Positions 17,100 to 27,291 of a DNA stretch of 64,000 bases are shown here, one piece after another (positions within the stretch are counted from its first letter, which is position 1; each line of letters begins with the position of its first letter). The position numbers were made by a program, and so were the translations under genes. The notes beneath the pieces were generated by a model. The model did not search any database. It saw only the letters and a list, made by a program, of their open reading frames with translations, and had not been told where the DNA came from. Source of the stretch: a virus; IMG/VR virus record IMGVR_UViG_3300027741_000020. One strand, 5' to 3'.

Positions 17100-19412
17100 A
17101 TGAGTAAAAGTAGTAAAAACGTTAGTAAGTATAGTAGTGGTAATACCGGCTATACAGGCAGTAAAAAATCAGTATCTTCATTTTGGTATGATGATTATGA
17201 TACTAAGTATGAATATCTTGATAAGTATAGTTCATATAATACCGATGAATTGAATGCGTATAAACGTTCTAATGATTTATATAAAATGGCATCAGTTCGT
17301 AGAGCAATCGCCAATTTCGTACAAATCGTAACAACTAAATCGGTTCCGGTTACCTTTGCTACAAAAAGTGATAGTAAAACCGATGGTGAGAAAGTGATAT
17401 TATCAGCCGATGTTGACGATAACTTTGATGTATCGGTTGGATTGGCATTGCATGAGGGCTCGCATATTATCTTATCAGATTTTAAATTATTATACGCAAT
17501 GTCTAATTGTAGTGATTCGTATAAATGGGATGTTTCGAGGTTTGAGCATACAAACGCTCAGGACATTGAAAATAACCTACCACCAACATACCCTAATATT
17601 CCATATTCGTTAGATGCTTCTATACTAGAGGTTATTAAGCAATATCCGGCGTATCGTAATCAATTAAATGAGATATTCCTTTCCAATGGTAAGATTGGTA
17701 GTAAGGGTATTTTAACGGAACAAATTACTAATACTATTAGTGGTTTAACAAATTGGATTGAGGATAGACGTATTGATATGTATATATTCAAATCGGCTCC
17801 TGGTTATAGAGATTACTATACTTCGATGTATGATTACTACTTTAACGATAAGAGTGTAACAAAAGGTATAGCTTCTGATGATTTCACCGATGAAACGATA
17901 GATTCGTATATGTTTCGTATCATTAACCTAATGAATGAAAATACCGACTTATCAAAATTGAAAGGATTGAGAGCCATTTATCGTTTATTAGATTTGAAAA
18001 ATATCGGCCGATTAAATAGTTCAACTGATTCTTTGAATTTAGCGATTGATATTATGGAAATCATCCTTACAAATGTAATGGATAAAAACGGAGGTCAGAT
18101 GCCACAATCGGCGCAGGGTAATGGGGCTAATGGTGGAAATGATGAAGCTGAGGAAAATACAGCCGGTAATGGTAAGGCACCAGACGGTATGAGTGGTGAT
18201 ATGGATAATGAGGCAGGTGGTAGTGGTATGGATGCCGATGCTACTTCTACTGACGGTAAGAAATCAAACTCATCGGATAATGCACTAAGTAAGAAAGTAT
18301 CAGATATTCTAAGTAAGAAATTCCAAAAACAAAAGGACTTCCTTAATGGTAACATAAAGAAAAAAACTTTGAGTACCGCAGATTCTAACAAACTTAAAGA
18401 TATTGCTGAAAGTGAAACTGAATTGGTTCGTGTAGGTAGTGGTATGGAAACCGGCTATGGTAGAATATCGCAAGGTGTTGATTGTATCGTAGTTAAAAAG
18501 TTGACTAATAATCTAATTCAATCCAAAGACTTTCCATTCTCACATACTAGCGGATGGGGAAAGGATGCGGTAGTTAAAGCATGGGCAGAAGAAGAAGTTA
18601 ATCGTGGTATAACATTGGGTAAATTGTTAGGTAAGAAATTACAAATAAGAAGTGAGAGTCGTGAAACGGTATTCAGCCGCTTGAAAAAAGGTAGAATTGA
18701 TAAGAGAATGATTGCTTCGCTTGGGTATGATAATGACGGTGTATTCTATACAAACGAAATCGACCAGTATAAGAAAGCAAACCTACATATATCTCTTGAT
18801 TATTCGGGCTCAATGGGTGGTAGCAAGTTAAGAAAAACAATTACCTCTGTAGTAGCAATAGTTAAGGCGTGTGAGATGGCTCGTAACTTAAATGTTCAGG
18901 TTTCAATACGTTCAACTGATTGTAGTAGTAGTGGTGGTAAATCGTTACCTTATATTTGTTTGATACACGACTCTCGTAGAGATTCATTCAAACAATTCGC
19001 TAAGTATATGACTATATTGGATTGTAGTAATACAACACCGGAAGGTTTATGTTTTGAAGCAATCCAAAAGTATTTGATACCGGCTGATAATTCAGTTGAC
19101 TCTTATTTCTTAAACTTCTCAGATGGGCAACCTTGTTATAGTATCATATCAAAAACTGATAATATTACTTATGGTGGTGAATCGGCCGCCCTTCATACAA
19201 ATAAGCAAGTGAAAAAAATGCGTGAGAGTGGTATAAATGTGTTATCCTACTTCATTACTGAAAAAAGTGAATCTAGTTTTGAAAATACACAAGACTGGCG
19301 AACATTCCAAAAATCGTATGATAAAAGTGCTAAGTATGTAAATGTTGAAAATATAATGCAAGTTGCTAAATCAATGAATGACCTATTTTTACAAAAAAGT
19401 AATAGGGACTAA
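17100..19412 (+). CDS. VWA (MIDAS) protein with N-terminal HExxH domain, CobT-like
   Basis: LALHEGSH; WIEDRRID; LDYSGSMG; TPEG; FSDGQP. Confidence 0.8.
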   Translation: MSKSSKNVSKYSSGNTGYTGSKKSVSSFWYDDYDTKYEYLDKYSSYNTDELNAYKRSNDLYKMASVRRAIANFVQIVTTKSVPVTFATKSDSKTDGEKVILSADVDDNFDVSVGLALHEGSHIILSDFKLLYAMSNCSDSYKWDVSRFEHTNAQDIENNLPPTYPNIPYSLDASILEVIKQYPAYRNQLNEIFLSNGKIGSKGILTEQITNTISGLTNWIEDRRIDMYIFKSAPGYRDYYTSMYDYYFNDKSVTKGIASDDFTDETIDSYMFRIINLMNENTDLSKLKGLRAIYRLLDLKNIGRLNSSTDSLNLAIDIMEIILTNVMDKNGGQMPQSAQGNGANGGNDEAEENTAGNGKAPDGMSGDMDNEAGGSGMDADATSTDGKKSNSSDNALSKKVSDILSKKFQKQKDFLNGNIKKKTLSTADSNKLKDIAESETELVRVGSGMETGYGRISQGVDCIVVKKLTNNLIQSKDFPFSHTSGWGKDAVVKAWAEEEVNRGITLGKLLGKKLQIRSESRETVFSRLKKGRIDKRMIASLGYDNDGVFYTNEIDQYKKANLHISLDYSGSMGGSKLRKTITSVVAIVKACEMARNLNVQVSIRSTDCSSSGGKSLPYICLIHDSRRDSFKQFAKYMTILDCSNTTPEGLCFEAIQKYLIPADNSVDSYFLNFSDGQPCYSIISKTDNITYGGESAALHTNKQVKKMRESGINVLSYFITEKSESSFENTQDWRTFQKSYDKSAKYVNVENIMQVAKSMNDLFLQKSNRD

Positions 19413-19439
19413 CCAAAAATACTAGATACTGAAAAGAAT

Positions 19440-19570
19440 GTTTATTAGTAATCAATCAGTTATGGCAACCTAAAAATAGGGGTCTTGCTAACTGATTGAT
19501 TATCAATAAACCAATTTATCCTATAATTTGGCCATGTCCAAGATAAGTTGTATCTTTACAAAGTAAAGGT
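19440..19570 (+). promoter_or_regulatory. inverted-repeat/promoter cassette 2
   Basis: 23-bp IR, 2 mismatches (19440-62/19489-511); TTTG-N20-TATCTTTA at 19527-58. Confidence 0.85.
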
Positions 19571-19713
19571 AATCAAATAGTATGGTAGTAAGTAAAAAGT
19601 ATATATGTGTATTGGTTGTGTTTCTATGTTTATTAGTTAAACGTACCTTCGTATATGAAGTGGAAACCACAAAGTATTATTCAGTAAAAATTATAAAAAA
19701 AATAAAATAAAAT

Positions 19714-21138
19714 ATGGCTATTAAGAAAGTAACAAACAAAGTAAATAAATCTTCAACACTAAAATCTAAAACAAAAAGTATGAGTAAAGTATCAGCGACG
19801 GCTAAACGTACACCAGTAGCTAAGAAAAAAGTAGTAGCTAAGAAAAACACAACCGTAAAGAGAACGGTAGTAGCTAAGAAAGTAGCAACAAAAAAACCTA
19901 CGGTAAAAAGAGTAACAACAAAAAAATCCGATATTGTTGTAGGGTTTACGAATGAAATTTACAAACCAATATTAGTAGGTAAAACATTCGCTCTTATGAC
20001 TACTGATAATAAGCCAGTAACTTCGGTAAATGGTATCAGCCGTAGCCGTATCAAACAGGCGGAGGCTGAAAACAAAGCAATCCGTGGGTATGTAGGTAAG
20101 ACTGGTAGTGTTACTTACAAATTGGTTGAAATGGACGAGTTCAAAAAGATTGCTAACATTATTGAAGAAAATGCTTGTGACTCGGTAAGTGAAGCATTTG
20201 AAACGCACGATGCACTTAAAGCATTTATACATGATAATGGTGTATCGCTTAAACCGACTGGGTTATTCATTGAAGATTTGAAATGGAAGTATTTGTTACG
20301 TTCAGCGGTACGTGGTAAAAATATAATGATGACCGGACCGACTGGTTGTGGTAAGACACTTGCCGCTCAATCGCTTGTTCGTTCATTGAAACGTCCTGAC
20401 TTCTATTTCAACTTAGGTGCAACGCAAGACCCCCGAGCAACCCTAATAGGTAATACGCACTTTAATAAAGAGAGTGGTACATTCTTTAGTGAATCGGCTT
20501 TCGTTAAGGCTATCAAAACGCCAAACGCTATTATCTTATTGGATGAAATTTCTCGTTCTCACCCAGAAGCTTGGAATATCTTAATGACTGTGTTAGATGC
20601 TGGTCAAAGATACCTAAGATTAGATGAGGCCGAAGGTTCACCAATCGTAAAAGTTGCCAGTGGTGTTACCTTTATCGCTACGGCTAATATCGGTAATGAG
20701 TACACATCGACTCGTATAATGGATAGGGCTATTATGGACAGATTTGTTCAAATTGAAATGGATTTATTAGATAAGCAAAGTGAATACGAATTGTTGAAAT
20801 ACAAATTCGCTGAAGCTGATGATTATTCATTGAACGCTTTGGCTGAAATCGCCGATACTACTCGTCAGTTAATCAAAACGGACGCTAGTAAAATTTCAAC
20901 AATCGTTTCAACGCGTGTGAATGTTGAAGCAGCCGGACTTATCTATGATGGGTTTACCTTAATGGAGGCGGCCGAAATAGCAATCCTACCATATTTCAGT
21001 AATGATGGTGGACTGGATAGTGAAAGAGTGTTTATGAAGCAGTTGATACAAAAGTTCAACAAATCAACCGAAGATGAAAGTAAGTTATTCAATGAAGTTA
21101 CTGATGATTCAGTTGATAGCACCACTATTACTTGGTAG
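19714..21138 (+). CDS. MoxR/CbbQ/CobS-like AAA+ ATPase with Lys-rich N-terminus
   Basis: GPTGCGKT, LLDEISR, ATANIG, DRAIMDRF, STR. Confidence 0.88.
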   Translation: MAIKKVTNKVNKSSTLKSKTKSMSKVSATAKRTPVAKKKVVAKKNTTVKRTVVAKKVATKKPTVKRVTTKKSDIVVGFTNEIYKPILVGKTFALMTTDNKPVTSVNGISRSRIKQAEAENKAIRGYVGKTGSVTYKLVEMDEFKKIANIIEENACDSVSEAFETHDALKAFIHDNGVSLKPTGLFIEDLKWKYLLRSAVRGKNIMMTGPTGCGKTLAAQSLVRSLKRPDFYFNLGATQDPRATLIGNTHFNKESGTFFSESAFVKAIKTPNAIILLDEISRSHPEAWNILMTVLDAGQRYLRLDEAEGSPIVKVASGVTFIATANIGNEYTSTRIMDRAIMDRFVQIEMDLLDKQSEYELLKYKFAEADDYSLNALAEIADTTRQLIKTDASKISTIVSTRVNVEAAGLIYDGFTLMEAAEIAILPYFSNDGGLDSERVFMKQLIQKFNKSTEDESKLFNEVTDDSVDSTTITW

Positions 21139-21165
21139 TAGTTTTTAATGGTGGATTGGAATTAA

Positions 21166-21191
21166 AGGGGAGCAGATAATACTGTTCCCCT
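21166..21191 (+). terminator. GC-rich hairpin, possible terminator
   Basis: AGGGGAGCAG-ATAATA-CTGTTCCCCT; weak U-tract. Confidence 0.55.
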
Positions 21192-21234
21192 AATTCTATA
21201 AAATATTTTTTCATATCTTTACAAAAAAAACATT

Positions 21235-21432
21235 ATGGGACATTCAATTTTATTAGCGTTGTTTTTGATACTTTATAGTAACTTAATCATATTCAAAACG
21301 CTTCGACAAACAACAACAGTTAGGACGATTAAAGATTACTTTAATTATGATGAGAACTCATTAGTTTTCATTAATTTATTAATGTTCATATTAAGTGGGT
21401 TAATCATCTTAATTAGCCATCTATTACAATAA
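21235..21432 (+). CDS. small membrane protein
   Basis: Two hydrophobic segments. Confidence 0.6.
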   Translation: MGHSILLALFLILYSNLIIFKTLRQTTTVRTIKDYFNYDENSLVFINLLMFILSGLIILISHLLQ

Positions 21433-21449
21433 CAATCTAAATTAAAAAC

Positions 21450-21575
21450 ATGACAAAAGAATTAACTCCAGGACAAATCTTCTTAATTATGTTATTAATT
21501 ATTGGTATGTGTAGCTGTAGTAGAACAAGCTGCCCTTCACATGACAGTAAATACTTCTATCATAATAGAATGTAA
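21450..21575 (+). CDS. small putative lipoprotein (41 aa)
   Basis: Hand-translated; hydrophobic stretch + GMCSC lipobox-like. Confidence 0.5.
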   Translation: MTKELTPGQIFLIMLLIIGMCSCSRTSCPSHDSKYFYHNRM

Positions 21576-21596
21576 ACAAATAAATTATAAAATTAG

Positions 21597-21798
21597 TGTG
21601 TTTTTCCCTTGAGAAAGGAATGCCGTAAATAGTGAACCAAGTAACCACTAAAACACAGATGAGTTCTCAACATTAAAATAGTATAAACATTTGGTTTAAT
21701 TGATTAAAGGTTTAACAGTCACAGTAATATGTGGTATTTTAACACCTAAAAGAAGTAAGAATAATTAATCAATGTCTGTCAATTCAGACTACTATTTT
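21597..21798 (+). ncRNA. unassigned two-domain structured RNA
   Basis: TGTGTTTT/AAAACACA with 7-bp pseudoknot TTGAGAA/TTCTCAA; AAAATAGTA/TACTATTTT, ATTGATTAA/TTAATCAAT, GTCTG/CAGAC. Confidence 0.55.
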
Positions 21799-21829
21799 CT
21801 ATTTTTAAACAACAAAAAATAAAACAACA

Positions 21830-22555
21830 ATGAATACTATAAAAAACTTAGCCTTAAATTGGTTCAATGATTTAGATATTAAAGAATATCACAGATTATC
21901 ACCTCATAATAATTTATCAGATGAAGAAATAGAAAACATATTCTATAATGAGGTAATTCTTAAATGGGCAGCAAATAACCCAGCATCAGTATTTGATTCA
22001 ACCGAAGAAAGAATAAAAGAAAGATACCTTAAAGAACATTCTAAAGAAGAACCAACAGAAAATTATCGTAGAATAGCTTTAGATTGGTGGGAAACATTGC
22101 CATTTGATAGTTCAAATACTATTATTAGTAAACGACATTATTTTGAGGAATATAAATCAAAAGTATTTACTCCAGCATTAAATTATACTCAATTAACAGG
22201 TAGAGAGGTTCAAAATATTTGGGCTGTAAAAACAGAAACCAAAGAAGCTGAAATGATACCTGAACAACCATTATCAGTAAATAAAGATGTTGAAATGGAT
22301 GAAGAAACAGAAGAACAAGAAAATGAAAGAATATTAAATGAGGCATTTTTGCAATTTAATATACATTGTAAACAACCATCTTCTTGCAGAAATTCATTAA
22401 GTCAAAAATGTATTTGCCCACAACCTAAAGTAGAAGATAATAGTTGGGATGAAGTATGGAATGTTTTTATTAATTCAGATATTAATAATGGTAGTAGTAG
22501 TTCTTTTTTAATGTTTTTGAAACAAAACAATTACACATTAATTAAAAAACAATAA
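21830..22555 (+). CDS. hypothetical mosaic protein
   Basis: Repeated LNWF/LDWW modules. Confidence 0.7.
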   Translation: MNTIKNLALNWFNDLDIKEYHRLSPHNNLSDEEIENIFYNEVILKWAANNPASVFDSTEERIKERYLKEHSKEEPTENYRRIALDWWETLPFDSSNTIISKRHYFEEYKSKVFTPALNYTQLTGREVQNIWAVKTETKEAEMIPEQPLSVNKDVEMDEETEEQENERILNEAFLQFNIHCKQPSSCRNSLSQKCICPQPKVEDNSWDEVWNVFINSDINNGSSSSFLMFLKQNNYTLIKKQ

Positions 22556-22634
22556 CAATGATGTATACTATAAATGGTATTAGATGCTATACCTTAGAAC
22601 AAATTAAAAAAGCACTTAAAACTAAATAACAAAT

Positions 22635-22841
22635 ATGAATAACAATAAATTTACAGGGTATTACGATGATAATAAACAACCAATTTTTGTTGGAGATAAA
22701 TTAAAAAGTGAATGGAATTATGATGTTATTGTTTATAAAAGTGGAACTGAATATTTAGGTAAACTTGTTTGTGAAGATAATCATAGTTGTAAAAACATTC
22801 CTTATTCTTTAAATAAAGGCAAAGGTCATATTAAAATTTAA
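22635..22841 (+). CDS. hypothetical (YopX C-terminal-like)
   Basis: FTGYYDDNKQPIFVGDKL. Confidence 0.55.
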   Translation: MNNNKFTGYYDDNKQPIFVGDKLKSEWNYDVIVYKSGTEYLGKLVCEDNHSCKNIPYSLNKGKGHIKI

Positions 22842-22845
22842 TCTA

Positions 22846-23331
22846 ATGAATAACAATACATTTTATTATAAAACAGATTTGGGAATTATTGTTAAGTTTA
22901 ATAATACTTATAGATTAAAATCTACTTATGAATTGAAAAAAGAAATTAGTAAAGAAGATTTTGATAATTCCAATCCTATTAAACTAAAAAAGAACAAATA
23001 TCTTGAAGAATTGAATATTTGGTTTAAAAACAATAAACACGAATGGAAGTTTGAACATTCTTATTTTAAGAAATTAGATAATTTTGAGATTGATAAACAC
23101 GGAACATTACTAAATTACAAATGGTCTGATTTCCCTAAACATAAATTAAAGTCTTATGGATATGGTACAATAGTTTTATTTCATTCAAGATTATATTATG
23201 CTTTTTTTGATGGAAATGCTTATCCTCAAATGCTATTATGTGATTTTTTAACTAAAGAATTTACTGGCAAATACACTAATATTCGCAATTTATCTCCAGT
23301 ATTTAATATTGGTACAAAACAAATAATTTAA
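22846..23331 (+). CDS. hypothetical protein
   Basis: Coupled ORF in AT-rich island. Confidence 0.7.
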   Translation: MNNNTFYYKTDLGIIVKFNNTYRLKSTYELKKEISKEDFDNSNPIKLKKNKYLEELNIWFKNNKHEWKFEHSYFKKLDNFEIDKHGTLLNYKWSDFPKHKLKSYGYGTIVLFHSRLYYAFFDGNAYPQMLLCDFLTKEFTGKYTNIRNLSPVFNIGTKQII

Positions 23332-23403
23332 CAATGAATACACCAATAGAGATTTATAATGATGTTATGAACCCAAGCAAACAAAGATTATTAGAACTTA
23401 AAA

Positions 23404-23823
23404 ATGCTGTTAAACAAATTAAAAACAATGACTAAAGAATTTATTCCATATCAGCAAGCATTAGAACTTAAAGAATTAGGTTTTGATGAAGAATGTTTTG
23501 CAATGTTTATGAAAGATTCATTTAAAAGTAGATGCTGGTGTAAGAACTCAGAATTTGAAGATAAAGTTTTATTTACATCTGCACCAACATTCTCACAAGC
23601 ATTTAGATGGTTTAGAGAGAGGTATAGATTATGTTGTCAATTTTCTTATTATCATATTTCTAAATGGGGATTTGAAATTTTAGAATTTACTGATTTGAAA
23701 ATTACACCAAACAAAGAAGTTACAGATTTTAATAAACCAAGAACCTACGAAGAAGCAGAACTTGAATGTTTAATTAAATTAATTGAAATTGTTAAAGATG
23801 GAAAGGGTAAAAGTAATAGCTAA
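23404..23823 (+). CDS. hypothetical protein
   Basis: ALELKELGFDEEC..APTFSQAFRWFRE..TYEEAELECL, common Bacteroidota-phage module. Confidence 0.7.
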   Translation: MLLNKLKTMTKEFIPYQQALELKELGFDEECFAMFMKDSFKSRCWCKNSEFEDKVLFTSAPTFSQAFRWFRERYRLCCQFSYYHISKWGFEILEFTDLKITPNKEVTDFNKPRTYEEAELECLIKLIEIVKDGKGKSNS

Positions 23824-23977
23824 AGAATATCCTAAATGGCATGATAAGGAAATGTATATTTGGTATACAAGAGAAACTCATCAAGGTACATGGTATTACT
23901 TAGTTGATAGTGAAAACCTAAAAGGAAGATTATTTCCAGATTTATATGTTGGAGAACATCAAATACAAAAATTATGA
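23798..23977 (+). CDS. hypothetical protein
   Basis: ATG 23798 preferred. Confidence 0.55.
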   Translation: MERVKVIAKEYPKWHDKEMYIWYTRETHQGTWYYLVDSENLKGRLFPDLYVGEHQIQKL

Positions 23978-24282
23978 AAGTACTAAACAATAACTATAAG
24001 GTTATAAAGATTAAAAGCGGTCACGTGGTAATACCTATCATACCACCACCCAAATACTATATTGGAGAAGTAGAATTAACAGAATATGACGTTAGAAATA
24101 TTCAACTCGAAGTAGCATTAGGTAATCTATCTCATACGACTGCTAATGATTTAGGGATAGTTGATGATCTAGGCGTGGTATTTAATTTTAGAGAGGATGG
24201 GAAATTAATCAATAAGGTTAAAGGGTACGATACTATATCTAATATGGTATTAACTATGATAAGAGAAGACAGAAAAAAATAA
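23974..24282 (+). CDS. hypothetical protein
   Basis: ATGA overlap. Confidence 0.65.
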   Translation: MKVLNNNYKVIKIKSGHVVIPIIPPPKYYIGEVELTEYDVRNIQLEVALGNLSHTTANDLGIVDDLGVVFNFREDGKLINKVKGYDTISNMVLTMIREDRKK

Positions 24283-24288
24283 ACAACA

Positions 24289-24573
24289 ATGAATATTCAA
24301 TTAGAAACAAATAATTCTTTAATTCCTTTTGGTAAATACAAAGATAAAACAGTGGGAGAAGTTTTAAAGATTAATCCTAATTATTTAAAATGGATGAAGG
24401 AAAAATGTGGAAATGTTACTTTATCAAGACATATTTTAATAGAATTAAAACATAGGTTATATACTATGAATGACCATAAACCTTCCAATACATATAGAAG
24501 TAGATTTAATAACGATTATCTTGTAACAGGAGACCCTCAAATAGACTTTGATTTAAGTTTATGTGGTCAATAA
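24289..24573 (+). CDS. ExoX C-terminal/DUF3820-like domain protein
   Basis: IPFGKYKDKTVGEV..PNYLKWM. Confidence 0.65.
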   Translation: MNIQLETNNSLIPFGKYKDKTVGEVLKINPNYLKWMKEKCGNVTLSRHILIELKHRLYTMNDHKPSNTYRSRFNNDYLVTGDPQIDFDLSLCGQ

Positions 24574-24584
24574 AATAAACAACA

Positions 24585-25370
24585 ATGAAAAATATACATT
24601 TAATACCAACAGATAAACCAAGTAGGATAATTTATAATGATGCAAATCAATTATGCTACCAATCTAATAAGTCATTTAAAAATGACAGAAAAAATAGAAA
24701 AAAGTTTAACATCTACATCACTAATGATGAAGAAATTAAAGAAGGGGATTGGTTTATACAAACTACTTATGAGGGTGTTTTTAAATGCTCTGATGCTAAA
24801 ATAGAGTACATTTATTTTGATAGAGATAGTTATGAACCCATTGCATATTGTAAAAAAATCATCCTAACAACAGACCAAGACTTAATTAATGATGGTGTAC
24901 AGAGTATTGATGACGATTTCTTAGAATGGTTTGTTAAGAACCCAAGTTGTGAGAAAGTTGATTTAGATACTTTTTCAATGGGAGATAAAATTTTGTATAA
25001 TGTAGTTTTTCCAAAAGAAGAACCTAAAGATGTAATATTAGGATATAAAACTTCTTTAGATGCTCAAATGCTTGATAAGGTAGAACCTAAAAAAGAAACA
25101 CTTGAAGAAGTTGAATTAGCTATTTTATTTCATAATACTTATGAGAAGTTAGCACCAAGTTTTGGTTATGAAACAAGAGTAGATACAAAATCATTTGAAA
25201 CTACAACTCCAAACGGAATGTTAATGATTGCTGTTTGTAAAGAAATAATTAAATGGCAGAAAGAAAGAATGTATAGTGAGAAAGAAGTTATTGCAATAGT
25301 AGAAAAAAGCAAGACAACAGGATTAACTGCTGAGTATTTACTTTTAACTAAACAATTAAAAAAGAAATAA
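24585..25370 (+). CDS. hypothetical modular protein
   Basis: KKIILTTDQDLI..FLEWFVKNPSCE..ETLEEV modules. Confidence 0.75.
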   Translation: MKNIHLIPTDKPSRIIYNDANQLCYQSNKSFKNDRKNRKKFNIYITNDEEIKEGDWFIQTTYEGVFKCSDAKIEYIYFDRDSYEPIAYCKKIILTTDQDLINDGVQSIDDDFLEWFVKNPSCEKVDLDTFSMGDKILYNVVFPKEEPKDVILGYKTSLDAQMLDKVEPKKETLEEVELAILFHNTYEKLAPSFGYETRVDTKSFETTTPNGMLMIAVCKEIIKWQKERMYSEKEVIAIVEKSKTTGLTAEYLLLTKQLKKK

Positions 25371-25372
25371 CA

Positions 25373-25621
25373 ATGACAGAAGAAACACTTGAAGAAGTTT
25401 GTGATAAAGTACTAAATTATCTTTACCCTAATTGTAAAATAGAAATGAATGCTTTACAGTATGGTAATTCTATTAATGCTTTAAAATCTATTAGTAGATG
25501 GAAGTCTGAAAGAATGTATAGTGATATGGAAGAATACTCTGCTTTTGTTTTAAAAAGCTACAAAGAAAGATTACCGTTATTACTTGCAAAAGATTGGTTT
25601 AAACAATTTAAAAAGAAATAA
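25373..25621 (+). CDS. hypothetical, shares ETLEEV/ERMYS modules with upstream gene
   Basis: 17-19 bp exact repeats. Confidence 0.7.
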   Translation: MTEETLEEVCDKVLNYLYPNCKIEMNALQYGNSINALKSISRWKSERMYSDMEEYSAFVLKSYKERLPLLLAKDWFKQFKKK

Positions 25622-25623
25622 CA

Positions 25624-26010
25624 ATGAAAAAATTAATATTATTGCGTGGTTTGCCTGGAAGTGGTAAATCAACATTAGCAACCGAACTAGGTGGTGTACA
25701 CTATGAGGCAGATATGTACTTTGTAGATGATAACGGAAACTATAACTTTGACCCATCTCGTATAAAAGATGCGCATGCTTGGTGTCAAAACAAAGTGAAA
25801 TTATCTATGGAAAATGGAGTTGAAAAAATTGTGGTATCTAATACCTTTACAATGGAATGGGAAATGGAGCACTACAATATGTTAGCCGAAGCAAACGGGT
25901 ATCGTGTTCATTCGGTTATAGTTGAAACTACACACAATGGTAAAAACATACATAATGTACCCGCTGATAAAATTAATCAAATGAAAGCAAGATTTGTGGT
26001 GAAATTGTAA
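25624..26010 (+). CDS. P-loop polynucleotide kinase-like (AAA_33)
   Basis: LLRGLPGSGKST, VVSNTF, HNVP. Confidence 0.85.
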   Translation: MKKLILLRGLPGSGKSTLATELGGVHYEADMYFVDDNGNYNFDPSRIKDAHAWCQNKVKLSMENGVEKIVVSNTFTMEWEMEHYNMLAEANGYRVHSVIVETTHNGKNIHNVPADKINQMKARFVVKL

Positions 26011-26033
26011 AAAACCTTAGAATAGACTAATAG

Positions 26034-26155
26034 AAAGTTTATTGATAATCAAACAGTTATGATTACCTAAAAATATGGGTTTTGCTAATTAGTTGATTAT
26101 CAATAAACTTTTATTGTATAATATTAGGCCATTACGCAAAAATGTAGTATCTTTG
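26034..26155 (+). promoter_or_regulatory. inverted-repeat/promoter cassette 3
   Basis: Imperfect IR with TTGATWATCAA cores; TTAG-N20-TATCTTTG at 26124-55. Confidence 0.8.
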
Positions 26156-26200
26156 TATTGTCCGGCAGGTAGTAGGGCATTATACGATAAATTTTAATAT

Positions 26201-27289
26201 ATGAAATACGACTTAGATAGAATAAACAAATACATAGCAGATGGCTTGATAGTGAAGCAAGACCACCCTGAATATCCAATATCAATTTACAATTATTCTC
26301 GTACGTGCCAGTACGAATCTAAATGGGATGATTTGACTATTGAATGTAGGGGACTGGTATTAGACAGAGAAGGTAATGTAATGGCTAAATCGTTTCCTAA
26401 ATTCTTTAACTACGAAGAATTGGAAGGTATGACATTTAGAACATCAAAGATACCAAATGAATCTTTTGAAGTGTTTGAAAAAATGGATGGCTCTTTGGGT
26501 ATTGTGTTTTATTACGAAGGTAAATGGAGAGTAGCAACCAGAGGCTCATTCACATCGGAACAATCAATAATGGGAGCAGAGATATTAAAGAAGTATGATA
26601 CCGATTTACTATCGCCCGGCTATACCTATTTGTTTGAGATAATATACACTGGAAATAGAATAGTGGTTGATTATGGTAACTCCGAAAGAATGGTTATGTT
26701 GGCTTGTATAGATAGTTCAGCGGATGGAATTGAATCAGATATACACATTCCTTACTATATGGATAATTTTGACGTAGTGAAAAAGTACGATGGTATAACT
26801 GATTTTAAGGAATTGAAAGAAAATATATCAAAGGATGCCGAAGGTTATGTAATCAGGTTCAAAGGTGGAATGAGAATGAAAATAAAAGGTACTGAATACA
26901 TACGCTTACATAAAATACTAACTAACTTTTCATCCGTTGATATATGGGAGTTACTACGTGACGGTAAACCTTTGGATGAATTTTTAGATAGGGTGCCAGA
27001 TGAATTTGATGCATGGGTAAAGCAAACCATAGGTAACTTACGATACGCTAAATTCTCTATTGGTGAAAGGTATGGTAAGATATACGACCACTTCCGATAT
27101 GGTAAGTATGGCGATGTATATCCGGAACCTACCAAAAAGCAATTCGCTGAGTATCTTAAAAATACCGAACCTGCTTTGAGAGCAGTATGTTTCGCAATGT
27201 GGGATAAGAAACCATATGACCACATCATATGGAAACTAATCAAACCAAAATACGATAAACCATTTTTAAAAAACTTTAAAGAAATATAA
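26201..27289 (+). CDS. RNA ligase, T4 Rnl1-like
   Basis: KFFNYEE, EKMDGSLG, ATRGSF, FEIIY, EGYV, KIK..EY.RLH. Confidence 0.88.
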   Translation: MKYDLDRINKYIADGLIVKQDHPEYPISIYNYSRTCQYESKWDDLTIECRGLVLDREGNVMAKSFPKFFNYEELEGMTFRTSKIPNESFEVFEKMDGSLGIVFYYEGKWRVATRGSFTSEQSIMGAEILKKYDTDLLSPGYTYLFEIIYTGNRIVVDYGNSERMVMLACIDSSADGIESDIHIPYYMDNFDVVKKYDGITDFKELKENISKDAEGYVIRFKGGMRMKIKGTEYIRLHKILTNFSSVDIWELLRDGKPLDEFLDRVPDEFDAWVKQTIGNLRYAKFSIGERYGKIYDHFRYGKYGDVYPEPTKKQFAEYLKNTEPALRAVCFAMWDKKPYDHIIWKLIKPKYDKPFLKNFKEI

Positions 27290-27291
27290 AT

